Assembly (NCBI GenBank): GCA_012295275.1
Contig: CM022679.1
Location: 15,624,001-15,688,000, forward strand
From: Chrysomallon squamiferum
Lineage: Eukaryota > Animalia > Mollusca
Length of the DNA: 64,000 bases
Direction of reading: 5' to 3'
The position numbers and the translations under genes were made by a program. Under the pieces are notes generated by a model. The model searched no databases and was not told where the DNA came from. It worked only from the letters and a program-made list of their open reading frames with translations. Of the stretch, positions 53,342 through 64,000 are shown piece by piece. Each line of letters begins with the position of its first letter. The first letter of the stretch is position 1.

Positions 53342-56300
53342 TAATAATAATAATAATAATAATTTTATAATAACGTTAAAATAATAAAAATTTTTTTATA
53401 AAACGTTAAAGAAAGTACGCAAAAAATTTACAGAAAATATAAATAAATAAGTTTTAAATAAATAAATAAATGAATAAATAAATAAATAAAATATAATGAA
53501 TGATAAATGAATGAATAAATGAATGAAATGAATAAATGAATGAATAAATAAATAATGAATAAATAAATAAAAATTTTAAAAAAATACAAAAATTCATTTA
53601 TCTCGAGTGAAGGCTAAAACATTTAGTAACAAATTATATATTACACTTGCACCCAGTTTTGTCTTAACTTTCAAAAGTGCATTAATAACACAATAATTCA
53701 CTGCCTAATATGAAACTTTAAACATAACACATCTATAATAACAAAGTGATTTACTTGCAACATTTGGAACAATTACCACAGAAAGTATCCATATTACAAG
53801 GAGGCTTTGCTTAAATCACTATATAATTACATAAAATAAATTTCCTTCATTTCTGGAGTGGTATTAATGCCATATGAAAATCATTCTTCAAAAACCTGCC
53901 CAAGGAGGTTAGGTCGGGAAAAGAGTTTTATGTCTCTCTTGGGACAAATACATTACCTGTCATCCCAGCCGGCTTTGTGTACATGTAACAGATTTTAGTG
54001 TATATTCAGGTAAGATAATAAGTCATCTTTTTTTTTTTTTTTTTTTTCTACAGCTTTTGATACTACTTATTATTAGTAACCAACATTACTAGTGAGTGTT
54101 ATATTAAGCATATATTACATAAACATATATACATCCCCTCAAATGTGTATGTAGACACATCCATCCATCCATCCACTGAACATACATCCCAACATGTATG
54201 AAATACATATACTCATATACATAAACACCATACTTAGATATACACACACACATAACACATACATACATACATACAAACATACATATATATACACACACAC
54301 ACACCCGAAAAATACAAACATGCATACATACATATAAATATAAATATAATATAAATATAAATATAAATATAAATATAAATATAAATATAAATATAAATAT
54401 AAATATAAATACACATATACATATACATATTCATATATACATACATATACATATACATTACTCTGATTTTTACTTCAAAAATAAAAACTTCTTCCTTCTA
54501 GTGTACTGTTAGCGAAAACAGAAAAAAAGTTCATTTTAATATAAATCTTTCCTCAAAAAACAACAAAACAATAAACCATATTGTGAGCGTTACACTTCTG
54601 ATTTAAGTGACCCACGCGAGATAGAAATGAATACTTTAATTTTCTTTTAGCAGCACACGGTACTCGACGTAGACAAATCGAAAGTGTTAAAGCGGGGCTT
54701 GCATTGCTAATAAATTTCATGACAATCAATGAAATTATATATTTTTACCATTTTTCACGAGAAACTTGAGGATCTGCACATTTTAAACGGAGTTGTGGTA
54801 GATGTCTATCTCGATGAGTGAATTCGACATCTGTCTTCATTTGTGTGTCCAAATCAAAACAGTTTTCGTGTTATAACAAATAGAAAATTGTTGAACCACG
54901 CACATTTATCAAGTAAATTGTTTTTCTGGTTTTTATTTTCACTTTTTTCGTTCACATATCTGAACTAGCAATCAAAGCAAGTAGCGTGGACATGGGTATA
55001 TAATTATATCTGTCTAACTGTTTTGTTTTGTCTGTTTGTCTGTCATTCTGTGTGTGTATGTTTTTTTTAGTGTATGTGTATTTTAATAATATAATAGTTT
55101 TTGAAATTAAAAATAAACCATTACAGAGTGTAATATAAATATATTTACTATCACAGAACTATATAATAAAGCGTTATACGATACGTATTATAATGATGTA
55201 CGATTTTGGAAGAAACCACATTTATAACTGTACCACTTTAAACCTAATATGATAAACAATCGAACAGATATCAAAGTTTACATTTTATATAATACCATGA
55301 ATAAAATCAATACGAATCAGTTGAACATTGATCAACACGTTATTTGAGTTATAGAATACAAAATTCTACAAAAAATAATTCATACAGAAAACGTATTAAA
55401 TGATGTTGAAAGTATACGTATATGTATTTAGAAACTAAATTTGTCTGAGAAAGTACAAACATCGCTAATCATCAGGGTTAATCTATTTGAGAGAATTCCA
55501 TCCTCTCGGGCTACTGTCGAGGGATTAGAAAACGAATTATCACGTCATAACCCGTGCAAACAGAAGAACCAACACTGGATAGTTTTCTGATCAAACAACA
55601 ACACTTTAAAGCAGTCTATTGTTCTTTCTCTGACGTCAGGTCGAAAGGCTATCCCACGAAAGAAAGCTCTATTCATCAAAGATTAACAAACATACTTAAC
55701 GAGATTAAATCATTCTTCTGCTTCATTTTTAATTTGTTTTCTTCTTCTAATGATGATGCTGATACTGATGATGATGACGATGATGATGAAGAAGAAGAAA
55801 AAGAAGAAAGCAACAATAACAACAAAAAAGAAGAGGATCAAATATGACCAATGGCAATTATATGCACAATAAACGCAACAGCTACTGCTATTAATCAATT
55901 ATAATGTTACCTTTGCAGAATATTCAGTTGCTTTTATTTAGTAATTATAGTTATGGTAGCTTCAGCAGTATTATAGGGTAACAGTAGCGATTGTCGTAGT
56001 AGTATTGTTAATACAGATAAGAGCAGCGACAGTAGTAGTTGTCATAGTAGCAGCTGCATATGTGGTTACAATATTAAAAAATCACTGTATTCAGAATACG
56101 GTACAAATTACTGTATTCATAAAGTTATTCTATTAAAGTTGGAACGGGAGAAAAAATCTACTGTGAGAGAAACATAAATGCACTAAATGACAGTGAAGCT
56201 TATGAACTGTGTAAGAGAACTCTGAAACGTGTCATACGCGTCGTTAGAATGACGAAAACTGGAAAGGACAGAAAATTAATTTTTACGAACAACGAGGAAG

Positions 56301-56520
56301 TGAGTAATTAGTTTCGTAGCGTAGCTCTGCAGGTTCACTGTGAAAGAAAAACAAAGATGGAAACTCTAGAATGTTTAATTTGTCCACATCTCCGGTATCA
56401 GGACAAAACAAACTTGTTACAAATACGACTGCCTGGTTCCGTTTTCGTGCGAGACGAGTTGCCAACAAATTGCTTGTTATACGTTTTCTGATTCGTTAAA
56501 CACTAATGCCAGCTGACAAC

Positions 56521-56581
56521 AGCCATCAGCCTCACGTTACGGTAACCCTGATTGGCTGATAAAGATTTATTGGTCACGTGG
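56521..56581. promoter_or_regulatory. Double reverse CCAAT plus E-box module
   Basis: CTGATTGGCTG (ATTGG at 56551), a second ATTGG at 56569 running into GTCACGTGG (56573), and the palindrome GTTACGGTAAC just upstream. Confidence 0.4.
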
Positions 56582-57695
56582 TTTTTCATTAATATTTAAT
56601 AATTATGTTCTTCTAACAACGCCTTTGCCTTATAGGCGTTAATAATTTTTATTTTATTTTAGTGGGGGAAAAAAAAAAATCTTGTACTGAACCAAGAACT
56701 TTTGCTTCGTGTTTGTTTTATGTGCACGGCGATATTACTGGCACCTTATTTATGTAAATTAAGCAGTTTAGCGATTTTATCTGTTTGTGCCTTGCCATTG
56801 CCGTTTCCGGAACCATGCTGGGTCTGCAGTCTTGTGTTTCAGCTGGAAAGACTTTTGGACTTTCTCGCGTCACTGTCTTGTCAAAACAAAAAACACGATT
56901 TCGCTACGATTGAAAATCTCCGGATTAGCGCACCGCGGTGCCTGTTTAGATCTAGCACTGCTCTTAACAGCTGCTTATCCGATAAACCCTCGAAACGACA
57001 CAAAAATAAGTTTGGTACGTCTAGCAACGCACGTTGACCAATTAGCATTTAATATGCCCAGCTCCGCGAAACTCTGAAATATCTCTATTTATTTACTTGT
57101 TGAATATTTAATGGTGTTAAATTTTATGTTATTTATATAGTGTAGCAATAGTGCATGCTTTAAAATAAATAATTCTCTCTGTTTGTATGCTATGAATCAA
57201 AATTTAAAATTATGTTCGGTACATGTGTACGATTGTAGAAGTATGTCTACGTATTTATTCGTTTCATAAATATATGTAGTACTCTACAGAGTATGTTTAT
57301 AAAATTATATACTTATTTCTGTTTGTATGTTTTGTCTTAAAATATATGGACACATATGTATTAATGCTTAAGTATATGTCAGTGTGTATGTATGTATTTG
57401 AATTAGTGTATATATTATCCAATTCGTGGCTGGCAAAAGACAAAGAAGCACTGAATATAAAGAAGAAAGGAATTTAAAAGGGTTAATTAAAGACAGTATC
57501 AAAAGTTTTATTTTAAAGAACAATATCTGAAGATATATACTCATGCACAGAAGAAAACAGAACATAAATGAAGAACAACCCAGAACTTTATTTAGACACG
57601 AACACAAAACAATTGCAGCACCACAAAAAACAACAGCAAAATTTATAACTTTACTTTGAAATGTCAGTAAGATTAAATATACTTTTTAGAAATTT

Positions 57696-57729
<34 letters not shown>

Positions 57730-58685
57730 GTAATAATAATAAAACAAAATAAAATATAGAAACATAAAGATAATAATTTTAGTTTATTTGGCTGAAAATA
57801 ACAAAAAATTAAACGAACGGAATAAAAAGAAACAAAATTTGTACTGAAAAACCCCCAAAATATAAAAAAAAACATTTAACCCCACCAAAAAAGAAAACAA
57901 ACAAAAAACAACAAACAAACAAAATAAACACTCCAAAAACAACAACAACAAACAAACAAACAAAACAAAACGTTGAAAGAAACAACAAAAGCTGCCTTCC
58001 TGAAAAACACACCAGTTTTTCTTTTTCCTCCCTCTCCAGAAATTTGGATGATTTTGGTAAGGATTATAGGTGACAGAGAAAGAAAGAAAAAACCCACACA
58101 CACGTAAAGTACTTCCCGTTTCTGACTAACAAAACGATATACATATAAATATATATATATATAGTTCAAAGAGTATTCCTTAGGCGATGTGTATTAATAT
58201 ATTTTATTAGTAGTAAATAGTGCACAGAGGTCTAGATCAGACTGCTGATTAAGTATATCTCCACTTCAAAAAGATATTCAGTTCACGCAGACATTTCTAA
58301 AATACGTTACATATCTCAACTGAATCAGAAACCAGTGATCTTGAAAATAGATCGGGAGAAAAACAAAAGATTAAAAAAAAAATAATAAAAAAATCTGTAA
58401 TCTAGTCAGGCATATACTCACCCTGACTGAAGATTAAAGCACGCTTGTAATGCTTTTATTATACTCGAGACTATATTGCTCTTATGATTATGATTATGAT
58501 TATTATCATTATCATCATCATCATCATCATCATCATTATCACTACTTTTACTGTTATTATGAGTAGTTGTAGTAATAGTAGTAATATGATTAGGATAATT
58601 ATTACTATTATTATTACTACTATTGGTATTACTAGTAATATAATTAATATTATCTTTCCGTTCCTACAGTTATTCTTGAATAATA

Positions 58686-58687
<2 letters not shown>

Positions 58688-58742
<55 letters not shown>
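58688..58742. repeat. (CA)n microsatellite; another lies at about 60524-60610
   Basis: Read directly from the sequence. Confidence 0.96.
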
Positions 58743-58744
<2 letters not shown>

Positions 58745-58991
58745 AACAACATACAAAAGAAACAAACAGGTGAATGTTGTTTGGAATGAGTGGTAGGTTG
58801 TTATTTCATTTTAAAAATACAAGTCTGGAACAATCAAAAACGTTTAAAACACTGTAACAGGTAAATGACTATGCGCCAGAATAGCGAAAAACTCCATTAC
58901 AATATAGTATTGTTAACCTTGCTTCAAATGAGCACAGGAAGAATTTCTATATTGTCTACACCCATCTGTCTGCTAACTAGACAATGACTAT

Positions 58992-59093
58992 CTTGAACTA
59001 TTTCCGAGCTGAATTACTTTCCTACGACTGATTTATGTGTAATATATTTTCCTGTCTGAGGGAAGGTAGGATTATATGATTAATTGCTGCTAA
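58992..59093 (+). mobile_element. Decayed SINE body with a Meta/MESC-like domain
   Basis: TTGAACTATTTC...CCTACGACTGATTTA...TCCTGTCTGAGGGAAGGT...TTGCTGCTAA, similar to the inverted copy at 28260-28322. Confidence 0.55.
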
Positions 59094-59627
59094 AACTGTA
59101 GACCATTTAGAGTTTTACGAAACCAAGGTTTAAAAGGGAACTGAAATGAAAGACGATCCAAATAAGCAAATTAAATAAGAAATGAAAGAAAAAACGATGA
59201 AGAAAAAAAAAAATAAATAAATAAAATAATAAAACAAAAAGAAGCTACACAAATAAATTCGGCTGTATTTTAATTAACATTAATGTCATGAGTATTTGAT
59301 TAATGTTCCCCAACATAATTTAAATAATTCATTTCCAAACAAAAGCAATATTTGCGTGGATGTGGTATGTAATTCTGGGGGAAATAAAATCACGTATTCT
59401 ATCCAGTTTGATGTTTAATTTATAGCAATTGAAAAATCAATAGCAATATCAAAATGTGGAATAAGTATTATGTATATCTTAAATTTCTAGCACTCACGAA
59501 TCATGTTATATTTTCTGTTAGTATATTTTTCTTGAAACATTTATTTATTTATTTATTTATCTATTTATTTACCTGTATTATTCCACCAGTCTGTTTTCAA
59601 AATTTGACTATTGTTACTAATAAATCT

Positions 59628-59629
59628 AT

Positions 59630-59700
<71 letters not shown>

Positions 59701-59830
59701 TTACTATTACTGTTACTACTACAACTGCTACTACAACTACTACTACTATTATTACTACTATCACTACTGCTGCTGCTTCTACTACTATTACTACTACTAC
59801 TACTACTAGTACTACCACTACCATTACCAC
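59628..59830. repeat. (TAC)n microsatellite with a degenerate extension
   Basis: Read directly; it is the source of the poly-T/L/V ORFs in the track. Confidence 0.96.
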
Positions 59831-60521
59831 TCCTCTTACATCTAATAATAATGATAATATTTAAAACTAATACTAAAAAATAAAATAAATTAAAAAATTA
59901 AATAATATCATACGAACAAATCTGTCTAGTTTTATATTAAACTCTACCCTTTCGCTCACTCACGCACATGAGAAAATATACCCGCTTCTAAATTTAAACA
60001 CAATTATAAAATAAAGAATAATAAAGACAGGTTGCAACGGGCCACGATTTCTCGACCCTGCCTGTATAATGAGCTGTGTGAATGCAGTAAATGAATGGGT
60101 ATATCATTACCAGGTCGGTCAGCTGTGTTTTGGTGTACGTTTGTCATGTCTAGACTACATATTACACTAAGCACACTGTCCTTCAGTAACCACTGCAGTT
60201 ACATTCGAGAATCACATCGTGGAAAAACAGAGGGACTGTTCCGACCTATCAACCAGGAGGTCAGACAAAGATCTTGAAATCTGAGTTGTAGAGAAATGAA
60301 AAAAATATATATATATATATGCAAGATCTGCTAGTAATGTACTGAATAACATTTATATTCGCGTTCTATACTTATTTAAGTTGATCACTTTTTGATTAAG
60401 TTTTGTGATAAAACTACATACTGGTTGTATACTATGAGCTATATCCAGGTTTGAGTGAAACGACACTTTTCTTGATAGTTTGAAATTGTCTTATACTATC
60501 TTATACTAGTAGGCCTGACTG

Positions 60522-60602
<81 letters not shown>

Positions 60603-61900
60603 CACACAAACACAAATACACATACACACACATCTGCATGTGAATGTATGTATGCACAAAATGTTAGATGAGTAAAATATGATATACACTGTATCAAAAC
60701 ATGTAATAATTATATGCCAGAGTATATTACTACTATTATATTTCTACGTATAATTTCATCTCCATCTTTTCTAGTATTTTAAAATAACAGACTATGAATA
60801 TATTTTAAATTAGCATTACCTGTATGTATCAAATCCTTTATCCTGCATACAGTATAAGTCTCTTTCAAAGACAGACAATAAACGTATCTGCATGTAGAAT
60901 ACGTTATTAGTACACATAGTAATTTATTATTACATGTAATTAAATTTATTATTAAACGTAATTAATTTACAGTATCCGGGACTATGGCCTGTCAGCTACT
61001 TTCATAAGAGATGCGGATATTTTCTTACCGCAGGATATTTGGTTAAAGTGATCTGAAGAATAATTTTATTTTTAATTTTTTTTTTTTTTTACACATAGCC
61101 AAATTACACTTACGATATAATGTTCTGATTTATCTTTTACTTTTGTACATATTGAGATACACTATTTTTCTCCCGGATATTTTTACTAAAGTGAACTGAC
61201 AAATATTAATTTCAAAGTGCTTGTCTAATTTCAGCGCAAATTCATACATATTTTTCTTTATAGAGATTTACCATTTTTTCCATACATACATGCACACATA
61301 AAAATGAACATACATACATATATACTAACATATACACATGTAGATACATATACATGCATTCATCTGTATATAATACATATGTATGCATATAAACATGAAC
61401 ATACATACACATATACGAACATACACACATACATTGATCCATCCATCCATCCATCCATCCATCCATCCATCCATCCATCCATACACACATACACAAATAC
61501 ACACATATATATACATACATACATACATATATGCATAAACATGCATAAAACATGCACCATACACGTACATATATACATACACGAAGGTAGGTATCTGAGT
61601 GCGGATATTTCTTGTTTATATTGTTAGTACGCACGAGATGTGTACGAGAGTGTTTGTTTGTGTGTGGTGATTGTAACTGATAGCCAAGGTGCAGCAAATA
61701 TAAAGCAACAATTTTGTTATTACTGGTTACGGTTAGTGCACTGCAATGTGGGTGCAACATTAGTTACTGCTTATCTACTGACTGCCTCTTTTTCAGCTAC
61801 ATTCTGTGTGAAATGTGATACTCCAAGTCTGAACCAATACAAGGAAACAGTTGTCAATAACGAAAAACAGACACATCCAGTTCATTGTTTTAGGGTTAAC

Positions 61901-61953
<53 letters not shown>

Positions 61954-62398
61954 GTGTTTTTATTGTTATTATTATTATTATTATTATTATTAGTGTTGTT
62001 ATTGTTATTATTATTACTGTTGTCATCGTTAATATTGTTATCGTCGTTGTTATTGGATTTAGTGAAAAAGACGAAGGAAGAAGGTTAAACAATAATAATT
62101 AAAAAAGAACCAATTAATTAACCAGTTAACCAAGTAAATAAGTAAGCAAATAGCACAAAATTATATATATATATATATATCAAATTTAAAATGTTCTTTA
62201 CGTTCATGTCCACATTATCAAAATATAAAAACTGAAACCTGAAATTAATTATAATTAATTTATTATTAAAATAAGTTTGAACTCAATTCTATCTCAATAA
62301 GTAAACTTTCACTGAGATTATTGTTCAGTAAATGTTTTGAATAACAAATTTAGCAAGCTGTGTGTGTGTATGAGGATGTGTAAGCGTACATATAGGAC

Positions 62399-62470
62399 TA
62401 CAGTCAAACTTCGATAATTCAAAACTCAAGAGGTCGGCAAAAAAATAGAGTTTTCAGAGCGTTTGAATTT
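62399..62470 (+). mobile_element. Single end of a pogo/Tigger-like (Tc1/mariner superfamily) MITE
   Basis: TA|CAGTCAAACTTCGATAATTC, i.e. a TA target site plus a CAGTCRAACYTCGATAA-type terminus. I saw no partner terminal repeat. Confidence 0.5.
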
Positions 62471-63498
62471 TATTGTAAATGTATGTTTATCAGTGTTTCA
62501 GAATGTAAAGTGTTAGAACGAATATGTATACGTATTTGTCTGTGAATGTGGGTATCACTGTTTAGATGTCTGCATGTGTCTATGTGTATATGTGTGTGCA
62601 CGTGTGCATTTTTGTGTGTGTGTGGATACGTGTTCAGTGATGACATGGCAGGCTAACAAAGTGAACGACACAGCAAGCTTGCCATGGGCTACACATGACG
62701 AATATTGACGGATATGCTGTGGTCTCAAACCGGATTAAAAACACATTACTTTTCCTTGTTAATTATTTTTACTTAATCCACACATCGTTCAGATTAAGAC
62801 ACCGGAATAGGGCTATTATATCCACTGCCAGAACTAATATGCGAACAAAATGATCGAGCTTTGGCGCTTTTCGTCAAATTGACCTCTTGTAATAGGCACT
62901 TATTGTACAAAAGAACGTGTTTAATGCAAACATAACTACGGGCGAGGTCGGATTTGAAGTAACATCTGTTTTGGACGGGGGTAAAAACAACACAAATGAG
63001 ATTTTTTTTTATGAAAATGACAAGAAATGGAAATCTCCGTGAAGTGAAAAAAAACCGTAATCCATTTCATAATCATTTTGACCGGACCGTTATGTGGAAA
63101 TTGAGTCCGACAGCGGGACTTAGTGTAAGATGGCGCAAACAGCCAACAGTAAATCCACGACTCTCTTAGTACGATGTGTGTTTTTTATGAGGGATTAATG
63201 CTGCATTTTTTCACCAGATGAAGTGAAATTCGAAAGATCTTCGCCAGATGAGGCCGGATTCATTAATAATAATTGGAAGTGAAATTTTGGTCTCTTCTCG
63301 TGGTAGAAGGAAATGGGCGCAGTGGAAACGAAGACGCGTTACGATATTGCGAGTGACAAGTGTTTTTCTCGTCTTCGTAAAGAAAAACTCTTTTAAGAAC
63401 GCATAGAACTTACACTGAATTATGAGTGTGCATATTTACAGATGGTAATTAAACAAAAACAAAATTTATGTAGACATTATAACTAAAAAAGTTTGCGT

Positions 63499-63663
<165 letters not shown>

Positions 63664-64000
63664 TGTGTATGGAAGCTCTGACAAATATTATTAATATTAT
63701 CTAAAAAAGAGTTTGGATCTGAAAAATGAAAATTTATTTCTAAATGATATAAGAATCATTTACTGAATTATGTAAAATATTTAAACTTATTTTGCAGTAC
63801 AGTTTTGACAATCACTTGTTTCCCATCTATACTGCTCGTACTGAAAAATAATAAAACCGAAAAGCAGTAAATGTTCAGTGCACTGGCAAGATTTACGTGA
63901 ATGGATTTTACTGTGCTGGGTTTTTTTTTATTCCATTCTTATTTTTTTAAATTTAAAAAAAAAAAAACATTTTTATTGTTTGCTTGTGTGTTTATTTATT

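Noticed and set aside
54010-54053. CAG|GTAAGA donor followed by a poly-T CTACAG acceptor
   Set aside because: The implied 44-nt intron is implausibly short and the flanks have no coding signal.
63218-63300. Peptide EVKFERSSPDEAGFINNNWK*NFG resembling the P4-ATPase motif SPDEGALVTAARNFG after an AG acceptor
   Set aside because: It has an in-frame stop and wrong spacing, and there are no other ATPase exons; a chance match is likely.

Overview
Very AT-rich, microsatellite-dense eukaryotic (animal) genomic DNA; there is no operon, CRISPR array or prokaryote-like gene organisation. Remnants resembling the Meta/MESC SINE domain suggest an invertebrate, plausibly a gastropod mollusc, but this is inference only. 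No complete protein-coding gene, rRNA, tRNA or recognisable miRNA is visible, and almost all ORFs in the supplied track are translations of simple repeats or chance ORFs. The window reads as a long intron or intergenic region, with 0.3-1 kb unique islands between low-complexity tracts. Features I can support: (i) a heavily decayed CRE-like (REL-endonuclease) non-LTR retrotransposon at about 14.9-17.2 kb whose RT-to-endonuclease motifs survive in order across frameshifts; (ii) two further LINE RT fossils, SINE remnants and one pogo/Tigger-type end; (iii) local tandem duplications, one rich in TGACGTCA; (iv) isolated candidate exons on both strands and a strong AG|GT recursive-splice-site motif at 34005/34006; (v) motif clusters (GCCTC plus CCAAT at 45-46.6 kb, RFX at 47 kb, YY1/Pho plus a G-quadruplex and a small ORF at 50.4-52.3 kb). 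I found no demonstrable new biological system; the items below are hypotheses to test.
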